A stretch of 25,862 nucleotides of DNA. It comes from a virus. Lineage: Duplodnaviria > Heunggongvirae > Uroviricota > Caudoviricetes. A model generated the notes under the pieces. It saw only the letters and a program-made list of their open reading frames with translations. It was not told the origin of the DNA and did not search any database. Shown here one piece after another: positions 8,666 through 17,369 of this stretch; positions within the stretch are counted from its first letter, which is position 1, and every line of letters starts with the position of its first letter. The stretch is from positions 1 through 25,862 of IMG/VR virus record IMGVR_UViG_2908572912_000005; one strand, 5' to 3'. A program made the translations under genes and the position numbers.

Positions 8666-9208
8666 TCAAGCTATTTTTTGAGCAAATGATTCTCGCATGG
8701 GAGTATATAGGGCATACTCAGCAACAGCCAACCAATTAGCAATTCGCTTTTCGCATGTGCTAAAACACCACTCAGGATGTGCATCATTTAGCAATTCAGC
8801 CATTTTGCGCTTAGTCATCCCCCGTCCTTCATACCGTTGCCGGAGGACACTAATCAATCCAGGATGCTCTGCCAGCACCTCACTTATGACTCTATCAATA
8901 CATAACGCCTCTGCATCAGTACAATGCGCCAGCCAGGTCTTTTGCTTGCCATTGATCATCTCTCGCAAAAACGCTTCCAGCTCAGGTTTCTCTATTCCCG
9001 CTTTTTTCATCCTGCGCAGGGCTTCATTGACGGCTGTTTTCGTCAATTTTTTGGATGCCAGCAACTGGTTAAACATATTTCCCGTCTTACCGCCGCCAAT
9101 ATACGACCAGCGCCCCCACATGCGCAGTTTTCCCTGAATCCAGACACTTTCCAGCGTGGTGAGACGAAGGTGTTCCCCGCTTTTGCCTGTATTTGTTGGG
9201 TAAATCAT
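8666..9208 (-). CDS. Putative late-gene antiterminator (Q-like)
   Basis: 180-aa ORF from the ATG at 9208 with GGAGAAAGGAAGG upstream; sits immediately upstream of a terminator and the lysis cassette; start overlaps the upstream stop in an ATGA junction. Assignment is mainly positional; the longer ORF track form begins further upstream. Confidence 0.55.
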   Translation of the reverse strand: MIYPTNTGKSGEHLRLTTLESVWIQGKLRMWGRWSYIGGGKTGNMFNQLLASKKLTKTAVNEALRRMKKAGIEKPELEAFLREMINGKQKTWLAHCTDAEALCIDRVISEVLAEHPGLISVLRQRYEGRGMTKRKMAELLNDAHPEWCFSTCEKRIANWLAVAEYALYTPMRESFAQKIA

Positions 9209-9495
9209 AAATAACCTTCCTTTCTCCAGATTTCTTGTGTGCGAAAAACACCTTCTGCATGCATCAGGCGTAATTCTTCTTTGGTGTAATCGCTGGTTTT
9301 TACCCGCCCGTCGATTAAATCGTGGCATGAGCTACAGGCAATCGCTGCCTGCATATCGTGTGGTTTTGTCGCTGTTCCGCACGTCCCCGCCAGCCTGTAA
9401 TGCGCCAGCACAGAGGTTTCGGGATTGTGATTGCAGTAGCCAGGGATTCTGATCTGGCACATCTGGCCTTTAGCCGCTTTACGTAAATTCACCAT
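9205..9495 (-). CDS. YbcO-like (DUF1364) putative nuclease with Cys-rich metal-binding motifs
   Basis: 96 aa; ...CQIRIPGYCNHNPETSVLAHYRLAGTCGTATKPHD...IACSSCHD... resembles E. coli prophage YbcO as I recall it. Confidence 0.7.
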   Translation of the reverse strand: MVNLRKAAKGQMCQIRIPGYCNHNPETSVLAHYRLAGTCGTATKPHDMQAAIACSSCHDLIDGRVKTSDYTKEELRLMHAEGVFRTQEIWRKEGYL

Positions 9496-10093
9496 TACGC
9501 AAACTCCAGTAGTTGTGCGGCCACATTTTCAACTTCCTCCTGAGAGGAGAATTTACGGAACAGAATCCAGTTCCACAGCACATTCAGAACAGATTTATAA
9601 ACCTGCTGAAACTCGGTTTCGTCCATATTCGCAAACGCGATGGATTTCGCCCTGCGCCCACGGCTACCGTCCGGATAAATATGCTCGGTGTAAAATCCGG
9701 CCTGAATGGTTACCCACTCGCGGAAAGCCTCAAACGACTTTAGCAATGCCGTATCCCGAGTTCTGCGTGTCGCAACTGTATTTAGATATTGCTCTGCGGC
9801 ATCACTCAGGGCTGGTGTGTGTTCCCGACCAACTGATTCGCACAAGTAATCCACGAAACCAGACAGCAGTTCTCGTTCGCGAGGTGTGATCGCCCCACCG
9901 ACCGGAGTCCAGTAATCGAATCCCAGTTGCAGGAGTTTGAAAAACGCTTGTGGAATGCGTAGTTACGCACACGCTTAAAGTCTGCGTGTATCCACTCACC
10001 TATTTTGATTTGATGCAGAAAATCGCAACTCTCCGGCGTCGCCGGGAGAAGTAAACCAGAAGAGGTTTGTTTGACCAGTTGTATATGCGCCAT
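9495..10093 (-). pseudogene. Nin-region phage gene split into two overlapping reading frames by a frameshift at an A5/T5 homopolymer
   Basis: The frame from the ATG at 10093 (MAHIQLVKQTSS...HKRF) stops at 9806; a second frame is open from ~9962 to 9495 (...FFKLLQLGFDYWTPVGG...LLEFA). Both read through the AAAAA run at 9939-9943; one nt of indel there would give a single ~200-aa protein. Confidence 0.5.
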
Positions 10094-10368
10094 TTCTCAA
10101 TCTCTCGATGGCGCAGTGCAGCAGATGCCAGTTGTTCAGGCTGACGTATAAAGTATAAATAAACTGGTTCCAGTGTAAAGCCCCCACATTGATGGAATAA
10201 AAATCAAACAATAGATTGCTGGGATAAAAATACAACGCTTATTATTAAAAGCGGTTAGACAAATTAAATTTTAATGTTATGCAAATCTGCCAGATTAGCA
10301 TAATATCTCATTTGAAAACCGCTGAAATAACAATCTTATCAGGATTAATCATATTAAGGTGAGTAAAT

Positions 10369-10455
10369 ATGGAAAACAACAAATCTGCACATTACGCTCC
10401 TTTTTTATCTATAATACTTTTTGTATTTTGTTGTGTATGGGCGGTATTTTTATAA
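10369..10455 (+). CDS. Candidate small hydrophobic peptide (28 aa)
   Basis: ATG at 10369 preceded by AAGGTGAG Shine-Dalgarno; product MENNKSAHYAPFLSIILFVFCCVWAVFL has one predicted TM segment; ends 15 nt before a strong terminator hairpin. Confidence 0.35.
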   Translation: MENNKSAHYAPFLSIILFVFCCVWAVFL

Positions 10456-10470
10456 AACACACCCACAAAT

Positions 10471-10500
10471 AAATCAAACCCGCTACAGCGGGTTTGATTT
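10471..10500. terminator. Bidirectional intrinsic terminator (13-bp perfect stem, 4-nt loop)
   Basis: AAATCAAACCCGC-TACA-GCGGGTTTGATTT; GC-rich stem core with U-rich distal arm on either strand; lies between the convergent S8 peptidase gene and the small peptide ORF. Confidence 0.6.
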
Positions 10501-10509
10501 ATATAGTTG

Positions 10510-12774
10510 TTATACGGAAACTGGCACACGAGCAGGCAATGGATAGTGAGCCCAGTTATTAGCATTTAAAGCTCTTACGCCATCAGCATAAACTTGTGTG
10601 TTTCCATCTAATGATTTTAAAGTTACTACAATAGTTACAGGTAAAGGCTCCATTAAGGCCGGTTCATTCGCTCTCAACGTTGTTTTAGCCTGAAGAGCCC
10701 AGTTACCCGAAGTAATTCCTTTATTAAATGCCTTGCGATGAATTTTTACTGGTGACCACTTTCCACCATGCTCAATTTGAGCTCTCTCATATCCAGATTG
10801 ACCGTTTTCTCCTTCCATAGGCACTTTTCCTTTTATAGTATTATTCTCAATTAAGCCAAAACTTAGCTCTACGTTCGCGCGAACATATTCACTGCCGGCA
10901 TTAGGGTTCAGTGGTGGTGCATATGCAGCAGTAATTACAATCTCACCTTTAAATTTTCCATTTTGAATAAGTGCCGATGGTATGGGATAGTTTTCCTTTC
11001 TCCACCTCATCCCAGGAACCAAGAATGTTTGGAAAATCAGAGTAAACCTATCATCACTATCATATAAGGTCTCAATAACTTCATTAGGAATTCCCGCTCC
11101 CAAATAGCGTCTTTCACTTGGCGAGTAATCAGGAGAAGATAATTGAGCGGAATGAATTAATAATGCTTTAATCAATGATGGTGAAACATTAAAGTCTGAA
11201 TTAGTGGCTATTCTCTGCCATGTATGCGCAGCTAAACTTGCCACAATTGGAGCAGCAAAACTAGTACCAAAATTAGAGCAAAGCCTATTATCTGGCCCTA
11301 CGACCTTTAAACTGCTTGCTCCTACATTCCAAGGTCTATGAACCCCACCGCCAGCATGGATTATATCTGGCTTTGGAGTAAATACAGGCCCAGGGCCACG
11401 ACGAGTATATGGTGTCGGTGTTCCAATTTCACTTAAAGCATCATTAGCTTCCATATGAGAAACTGAACCAACTGTTAGTGCTCGGACTGACTCTCCAGGA
11501 GAGGAAATTAAATCAGCACCTCCAAGCGGTTCAGGATTTGGCCATGTACGTATAGGTTCATCTACATAATTACCTGCAGCAACTACAAACAAAATACCAA
11601 ATTTATCGCTGAGCCGATCTAACTCCATCGCAAAATCACTAAACGTCTGCTCATTGCATGGTCCGCCTCCCAAAGACAAATTCCAGACTTTTATATCTGG
11701 TCTTTTATTTACAGCATCTGCTAGCCTCAGAATTAAATCTGATATATAAGATCCATTTTCATCTAAGGCACAAACATCATGGATTTTAGATTTTGTATCA
11801 GGAATCCATGGATGATTGTCATTTAAAAAATGAGCGCCTGATATCAATGAAGACACCATAGTCCCATGTTCATAACTCGTATCAGGAGGAATTACGTATG
11901 TTTCCCTACTCACTACCCAAGGAGTAATTGTTGCCGCGATGGGGCTTACCCCAGTGTCAAATACAGCAACAATGGGTAATTCTTCTGATGGTACGGGAAA
12001 GCTATTTGTTTCAATGCCAACAGAATCACTTACACTAACCGGGAATGCTGAATATTTTGGTTCTGGAATTAACGTTCTTATACCCGGGTAATCAATGAGA
12101 ATGTCTAATATATATCTATCATTTGGGGATAAATCCATTATCCTTAATAAGGGAAGACCACATTTTTGTCTAATCTCATCATATTTAACTCCGTGTTGTT
12201 CTAATATAGAAATAACGTTTTCATAGTTGTTGTAAGTTGCATCTTCACCTGTGTACTCAAATAGTCGTACAAGGATGTTTGATGATTCAAACAAACCATC
12301 AGTGCCTCCTGGAACCTTCCTATTCTCATCCCAAGGTTCAATGCGCTCAATCGCGCTTAGATTAGCCAAAATCGCTTTAATATTCCGATGTAAAATGACT
12401 GACTCTAATACGTCAAAACAGCCGGCATGAGCAGCAACCAACATTTCATCTATTTTGGCATGACCGGCATTTTGCAATCCAGCCTCTTGAGCAATTTTGT
12501 TCGGCCTATGCGTTTTGGCTATTCCCTGGTCTCTTAATTTGAAAACCAAAGTACCCAAGCTTCCAGGGTACTCTGAAAGTTTGGATTCTAAATAATGTTT
12601 ACTGGTTGTTAAATTTCTTACTAGCCCTTGTCTATATTCGGCTGTTACATCAACCAATACCTTTGCCCCACCGCCAGCGTTTACTATTGCACCCAAGTCA
12701 CTACTGGAAAAAGGGATTCTTAACATTGGGTTTGTAACTTTTGCGTTACTAAACTGTGTACCCCTTCTGCTCAT
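10510..12774 (-). CDS. Subtilisin-like serine peptidase (S8 family) with large N- and C-terminal extensions
   Basis: 754 aa; catalytic triad motifs in canonical D-H-S order: VAVFDTGV (Asp), YEHGTMVSS (His), GTSFAAPIVA (Ser), plus AAGN oxyanion-region motif. No obvious signal peptide. Start overlaps the upstream ATPase gene by 26 nt. Confidence 0.9.
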   Translation of the reverse strand: MSRRGTQFSNAKVTNPMLRIPFSSSDLGAIVNAGGGAKVLVDVTAEYRQGLVRNLTTSKHYLESKLSEYPGSLGTLVFKLRDQGIAKTHRPNKIAQEAGLQNAGHAKIDEMLVAAHAGCFDVLESVILHRNIKAILANLSAIERIEPWDENRKVPGGTDGLFESSNILVRLFEYTGEDATYNNYENVISILEQHGVKYDEIRQKCGLPLLRIMDLSPNDRYILDILIDYPGIRTLIPEPKYSAFPVSVSDSVGIETNSFPVPSEELPIVAVFDTGVSPIAATITPWVVSRETYVIPPDTSYEHGTMVSSLISGAHFLNDNHPWIPDTKSKIHDVCALDENGSYISDLILRLADAVNKRPDIKVWNLSLGGGPCNEQTFSDFAMELDRLSDKFGILFVVAAGNYVDEPIRTWPNPEPLGGADLISSPGESVRALTVGSVSHMEANDALSEIGTPTPYTRRGPGPVFTPKPDIIHAGGGVHRPWNVGASSLKVVGPDNRLCSNFGTSFAAPIVASLAAHTWQRIATNSDFNVSPSLIKALLIHSAQLSSPDYSPSERRYLGAGIPNEVIETLYDSDDRFTLIFQTFLVPGMRWRKENYPIPSALIQNGKFKGEIVITAAYAPPLNPNAGSEYVRANVELSFGLIENNTIKGKVPMEGENGQSGYERAQIEHGGKWSPVKIHRKAFNKGITSGNWALQAKTTLRANEPALMEPLPVTIVVTLKSLDGNTQVYADGVRALNANNWAHYPLPARVPVSV

Positions 12775-13903
12775 ATGCTCCTGACTCCTTCAGAATGTTT
12801 GAAATTACTCTTGATGTAAGTTTGTACAAATTAGCAAGAACTCTGATAGAAAATAATTTTTTATCTTTAGAACGTAACCAACGAATTTCATCTTCGTAAG
12901 TGCTTAAATTTACACCTTCCATAAGCGATTGAGCAAGATACAAACGCCTATACAATTTATGGTGATTTATCACACTTGCACCTTCAATAACTGCATCCCT
13001 ACGTGCATCCAAGCTCACCTGTTCAATTATTGCTCCGGATAATCCTTCCGATTTTCTTGATAAATCACTTAAATCTAGATCGCTACATATCATATTCTTT
13101 AAACGATTTTTCCAAATTAACTCTCTCTGATGTATGTCAGGCAGAGGCATTGGAATTCTGAAGCTAAATCGCCTCCAGATTGCAGGATCCAGAAGTTGCT
13201 CATGGTTAGTTGAGGCAATAATTACCGTATCCTCTGATGCCGCATCCATATTCTGCAATAGTGAAATGACAACTCGCTGAAGCTCACCTATATCTCTCTC
13301 ATTACCTCTTGCTCCAGCTAAAGCATCAAATTCGTCTAAAAAAAGCACTGATGGCCTCTGCATTACATAATCGAAAACCTGTCTAAGATTTTTGCTGGTT
13401 TGTCCCAATAAACTACTAATCAAAGTATCGCAACGCACTGTAAGAAGTGGAAAATCTAAGCGGGTAGCGATGTACTTAGATAACATAGTCTTACCTGTTC
13501 CTGGCTTTCCATACACGAGCATACGACTCGGCAATGCTGCATCAGCTTTAACAAACTCATCATAACGTTGAACATTAGTGATAAACTCTTCAACACGGGT
13601 ACTGATTGCTGCAGGCAGAAAAATCTCTGAACTGTCTAATTTAGGATAACTGACATCAACAGTGTTGAGTCGACTATCAATATCTACCGGTAATGAGCCC
13701 AGAGATATCCCACCTCCAGCCCTTTGAGCTCCTGCCAACGCCTGGGGAGCTCTAAGCAACCTTTCTCTTATCATTCTGGCTTGCTTGACCTCCCCTTTTT
13801 GTTCGAGCTTATCTGCCAGCAACCCAGCATAATTACTAGCCATCGAAGCATTTGCCTTTGTTGCACCTTCAATGATTTTTAACACTTCTGATAAATAATC
13901 CAT
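12749..13903 (-). CDS. AAA+ family ATPase
   Basis: 384 aa; Walker A GKPGTGKT, Walker B VLFLDEFDAL, sensor-1 region IIASTNHEQLLDPAIWRRF; ~130-aa N-terminal extension; GGGAG ribosome-binding site. Confidence 0.9.
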   Translation of the reverse strand: MDYLSEVLKIIEGATKANASMASNYAGLLADKLEQKGEVKQARMIRERLLRAPQALAGAQRAGGGISLGSLPVDIDSRLNTVDVSYPKLDSSEIFLPAAISTRVEEFITNVQRYDEFVKADAALPSRMLVYGKPGTGKTMLSKYIATRLDFPLLTVRCDTLISSLLGQTSKNLRQVFDYVMQRPSVLFLDEFDALAGARGNERDIGELQRVVISLLQNMDAASEDTVIIASTNHEQLLDPAIWRRFSFRIPMPLPDIHQRELIWKNRLKNMICSDLDLSDLSRKSEGLSGAIIEQVSLDARRDAVIEGASVINHHKLYRRLYLAQSLMEGVNLSTYEDEIRWLRSKDKKLFSIRVLANLYKLTSRVISNILKESGAYEQKGYTV

Positions 13904-14096
13904 TCAACACTCCCACAACAAAAAGCCACAGCAATCAAAAAATGAGCACGCAGAATCAAAATGCTCTCTAATCGTAACGCATTTTGAGATTTTTGATACG
14001 TTTTTTTGGGATTATGTAACGCCAAATGGTCATTTTGTGTCAGAAAAATAAATCTTAGTACCGAGAATATGTAGCTTCCATCCTTCATCGTTCTAT

Positions 14097-14528
14097 TCAT
14101 CCCTGATCTCCAAGCCTCTCTCGAAAACCATTCTGATAAAACGCCAGCACACGCTGCATAACTTCGCTCTTCCGGCACTCGCGACAGATTATGTTTAGGC
14201 GACTGTCGTAGCGACGTATTTCTCCGTCAGGTAATGACCAGATAAGGTCCGGATCAACCACAACCGGTTTCTTCAGCTTTGCCCTAGATAGTTTTTTGCG
14301 GGCATTTTGCCAGTCCTTACGAGCCTGTTCAGACGGGAATAACCCGTAACCAGAGTTGTATACATCGCCACTGGCAACCAGCTCTCTGGCGAGAACGCTC
14401 ATCAGATATCTTGTCGCACCTGTCTTGGCTTCCAGTTGCCGTAACGTCTCGCGCCCACTCCGGCGTACTAGTTCAACAACCTGCCCTTTAATTTTTTCCC
14501 GCTCTTCTTGTGTAAATACTTTTGCCAT
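14097..14528 (-). CDS. Hypothetical protein (143 aa), basic, possible DNA-binding fold
   Basis: ATG at 14528 with GGAGG Shine-Dalgarno at 5-nt spacing (the ORF track start at 14543 is a TTG); no motif I can assign confidently. Confidence 0.55.
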   Translation of the reverse strand: MAKVFTQEEREKIKGQVVELVRRSGRETLRQLEAKTGATRYLMSVLARELVASGDVYNSGYGLFPSEQARKDWQNARKKLSRAKLKKPVVVDPDLIWSLPDGEIRRYDSRLNIICRECRKSEVMQRVLAFYQNGFRERLGDQG

Positions 14529-14543
14529 AAGCGCCTCCGGCAA

Positions 14544-15305
14544 TCACTTTTCCGATACAACACGGCGGGAAGAATCAGTAATCTGTCGAACAATATCCCG
14601 GTGCTTGTTCAGCTCCCGCAGCGCGGCGCAGACTCGCTCCCACTTCTGGACATGATTTTTCGCCCGACGCAGTTCACGGTTTGCCATATGCAGCGATGGT
14701 AAAATCAGGTTATCCGCTTGCGTTTCAGTAAACGATGGCAACGACTGCACAATGTCCGCCACAGTTTCTGTTTTAATATCTTCCTGTGTTGCAGCTTCCT
14801 GTACTGGTAACGCAACACCGGCTAGCTGAGGAAAGGCTTTACCATCTGTTTCCGCTACCGATGCAGCTTTCGGCTCTGCTGGTAAATTACCGCCCGGCAT
14901 GCAGTAACGAAATTTACCGTTCTGATTAACGCGAATCAGACGAGCTTTGCTGATTGCCATTGCCAGCGTTGAAGCCACTTTGCGGGATGTGGTACCGAAC
15001 AACGTAGCCAGTTCATCCGCAGTTAGTGGACCACGTTGTTCAATCGTCGCAGTTAAATCGCTCTCTGAAATTTTCGCGACTGTTGCCGTGGTAGTTTCTT
15101 CCGGCAGTTCTGCCGGCGCTGGCTGTTCCTGCTGAACGTTGTTATCAGCCACACGCCAGGTGTACGCGCTTTTATCAACGAAACCAGCCTTTTTCAGTTC
15201 CCATAGTTCGTTCAGCACTTCTTCACGGCTGATATCAAGTCGCGCAGCAAGTTCTATGGATGTGGCTTTTCCCATTGCTTTCAGTGTGTCAAAAACAGTC
15301 TCCAT
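14544..15305 (-). CDS. Hypothetical phage protein, YdaW/DUF1627-like by position and N-terminal winged-helix-like segment
   Basis: ATG at 15305 ([43 protein letters not shown]...), GGAGA ribosome-binding site; directly downstream of the DnaC-like gene as in Rac-type prophages. Confidence 0.55.
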   Translation of the reverse strand: METVFDTLKAMGKATSIELAARLDISREEVLNELWELKKAGFVDKSAYTWRVADNNVQQEQPAPAELPEETTTATVAKISESDLTATIEQRGPLTADELATLFGTTSRKVASTLAMAISKARLIRVNQNGKFRYCMPGGNLPAEPKAASVAETDGKAFPQLAGVALPVQEAATQEDIKTETVADIVQSLPSFTETQADNLILPSLHMANRELRRAKNHVQKWERVCAALRELNKHRDIVRQITDSSRRVVSEK

Positions 15306-15327
15306 TAAATTTTTCTCCCGGTAAAAA

Positions 15328-16074
15328 TTACTTCGCAATTCCTGGCTGGACGACATTCGGACGCCAGCTCTCCCAGTTAAAATTCACCCATCGCCCGCCG
15401 TTCATGGTCATGCGATCCATAATCCTCTCGCCGAGCAATGTTTTCATGGCCTCATAATTCAGGTTTGTCAGCATCCCCACGCTGCGCATCGACGCTGTCC
15501 GGCGATCAACAATCTGGTGCAGCACCACCTGCTCGTTTTTTGTCTCGCGCTGAATGCCAATTTCATCAAGAACCAGCAGATCCACTTGGCACAGTTCCCG
15601 CAAAAATTTTTCGCCTGATTGCCCGTCGTCATAGCTGGCGTGTAGGGCACTCATGACATCAGCCACGGTAACCACAATCACTGTCTGGCCATCTTTCAGC
15701 AGGCGATTCCCGATAGCCGCCGCCAGATGGTTTTTTCCGGTACCAGGTTTTCCGCTGAACGCAAAATTTGTACACCCGGTCATCAGTTCATCAGCGATGG
15801 ATTTCGCCTGACTCAACGCGTATCGCTGCCCTTCGTTCTGCACCTGGTAATTCGAAAACGAGCATTTGCGGTGCAATGGCTGGATGCCAGAGCGATTCAG
15901 AATTTTTTCCACCCGCAACTGACGATTCTGACGGTTGATCTCCTCACAACGTTTCTGGCCTTCGGAAAGTTGCCACTCGCGCCACTCCGCTACCGTTTTG
16001 AATGGGGCGGTTACATGTGGCGGGGCCAGTCTGCGGATACGTTCAAGAATGCCGCCTGCCGCAATATTTTTCAT
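15328..16074 (-). CDS. ydaV: DnaC/IstB-like helicase-loader ATPase (YdaV-like)
   Basis: 248 aa; Walker [16 protein letters not shown], Walker B LLVLDEIG; replication-module position. Confidence 0.85.
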   Translation of the reverse strand: MKNIAAGGILERIRRLAPPHVTAPFKTVAEWREWQLSEGQKRCEEINRQNRQLRVEKILNRSGIQPLHRKCSFSNYQVQNEGQRYALSQAKSIADELMTGCTNFAFSGKPGTGKNHLAAAIGNRLLKDGQTVIVVTVADVMSALHASYDDGQSGEKFLRELCQVDLLVLDEIGIQRETKNEQVVLHQIVDRRTASMRSVGMLTNLNYEAMKTLLGERIMDRMTMNGGRWVNFNWESWRPNVVQPGIAK

Positions 16075-16080
16075 GGTCAG

Positions 16081-16869
16081 TTACCCCCTGAAGCCTGGCG
16101 GGATCGCACTATCCGGTAACGAGACGGTGTTAACCTGTCGGAGTAACGTCTCAGGTCGAACACCTTTTGGCGCGAACAAGCCCTGGTATTCATTGGCGAT
16201 GCTGTGTCGAATCACCTGCTCAGGTGAAAAACCCTGCTGGCGGAATTTTTCCAGCTCCCGTATCGCCCCGTTAGCGCCCTGCTCCGTTCGAATCGGTTTT
16301 CGCAATGCCTGCCTGAACTGAACCCACTCATGCCAGAGTGTTTCCGGCAACCAGTCAGGCAGCTCGATAGCCTCCGGTTCGAATTTTTTAGACGCTCGTT
16401 TTTGGCGAGGGGGATTTAGGGGGAGATAAGTATTTATATCTTCCTCTTTCTCTTCCTCTGGTAACGCTTTTTGATCCGTTTTTGTAACGCTGGCAGCGTT
16501 ACCTTTTCGTTTCAGTTCTCGTATTTTTGTTACTCTCTCGTTTGTAACCGCCCGTTTTTTAGAGCTTTTCCCGTTATGGCGCTCAAAGTTAGGAAGCGAC
16601 AACACACCATTAGTTTCGACCAGCCATCCAACCTGAATTAACGCATCAGCAAAACCAGCCATAAAAGTGATGCGATCTATTGCACTTTTTGTAACGCCGC
16701 GAGCGTTACACTCTGCGTTACCGTCTATCATTTGTTGATCCGCCCATGCCCAGAAGCGAATGACTTTCCCTAATGCGGCATCTGGATCAATATTCAGAAT
16801 CTCAGCAAGCCTGAATATTTCCGGCTTATCCGGCGTAATAACTTCGAGCTTTATCCAGTTTGAAGCCAT
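16081..16869 (-). CDS. ydaU: Phage replication protein (YdaU-like, with DnaT-like C-terminal region)
   Basis: 262 aa; immediately upstream of the DnaC-like gene; contains and is preceded by dyad-symmetric repeats (see the repeat feature at 16483..16933). Confidence 0.7.
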   Translation of the reverse strand: MASNWIKLEVITPDKPEIFRLAEILNIDPDAALGKVIRFWAWADQQMIDGNAECNARGVTKSAIDRITFMAGFADALIQVGWLVETNGVLSLPNFERHNGKSSKKRAVTNERVTKIRELKRKGNAASVTKTDQKALPEEEKEEDINTYLPLNPPRQKRASKKFEPEAIELPDWLPETLWHEWVQFRQALRKPIRTEQGANGAIRELEKFRQQGFSPEQVIRHSIANEYQGLFAPKGVRPETLLRQVNTVSLPDSAIPPGFRG

Positions 16870-16933
16870 TTGTTTTCACCTTGTAACGCTCGCAGCGTTA
16901 CATTTAACTGATACCGAACAAAACAGTTCGGTA
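16483..16933. repeat. Three copies of a dyad-symmetric element TGTAACGC-N5-GCGTTACA plus a second 8-bp-arm palindrome; candidate origin iterons or operator sites
   Basis: Copies at 16483-16502 (7-bp arms), 16690-16710 (8-bp arms, perfect) and 16882-16902 (8-9-bp arms), about 200 bp apart, two inside the ydaU-like coding sequence and one just upstream of its start; extra half-sites at 16461-16467 and 16715-16722; separate palindrome TACCGAAC-N6-GTTCGGTA at 16912-16933. Confidence 0.5.
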
Positions 16934-16946
16934 CGATTAATTTCAA

Positions 16947-17369
16947 TCAATGCACTACGACAGAATCGCTAGGAGAACCGCCGCCGCTGAAATGTGCTTT
17001 ACGGTAAACGGCCTGGACTGCATCATCATGCGCATCAATTGCCGTACTCAGTGCATCCTGTGCCGCCAGTAATGCACGGCGTTCCAGGGTATCGAAGATG
17101 CAGAGTCGGTGACGCAGCTCGCGAGGAAGAATTGCCAGAACCGCAGGGATCAGTTTCTGAATTTTTTCCCTTTGCGCATTCGTTTCACCTTTCAACCAAC
17201 GATGATAGATATTCTGCTGATTGTTCCAGTCCTTGCCTGGTACCAGGGGCAATTCGCCGCCCCCCTGGCGCAGATATTCTTCAGTAATTGCGTTAGCGAC
17301 CCACGCCTGCCCTTTTTCGGCTGCCAGGGCTAACAACACTGATTCGATGTGCTCATGCTTGATTTTCAT
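16947..17369 (-). CDS. ydaT: YdaT-like protein
   Basis: 140 aa starting MKIKHEHIESVLLALAAEKGQAWVANAITEEYLRQGGG..., matching my recollection of Rac YdaT; start overlaps the upstream stop in an ATGA junction. Confidence 0.75.
   Translation of the reverse strand: MKIKHEHIESVLLALAAEKGQAWVANAITEEYLRQGGGELPLVPGKDWNNQQNIYHRWLKGETNAQREKIQKLIPAVLAILPRELRHRLCIFDTLERRALLAAQDALSTAIDAHDDAVQAVYRKAHFSGGGSPSDSVVVH

Noticed and set aside
8697-9452. Plus-strand ORFs (8697..9137, 8924..9214, 9237..9452) antisense to the Q-like and YbcO-like genes
   Set aside because: Antisense to better-supported genes with ribosome-binding sites and coupled start/stop overlaps; no independent support.
9996-10235. 79-aa minus-strand ORF overlapping the start of the frameshifted nin gene
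   Set aside because: Different frame overlapping a gene with a better start context; AT-rich low-complexity translation; likely spurious.
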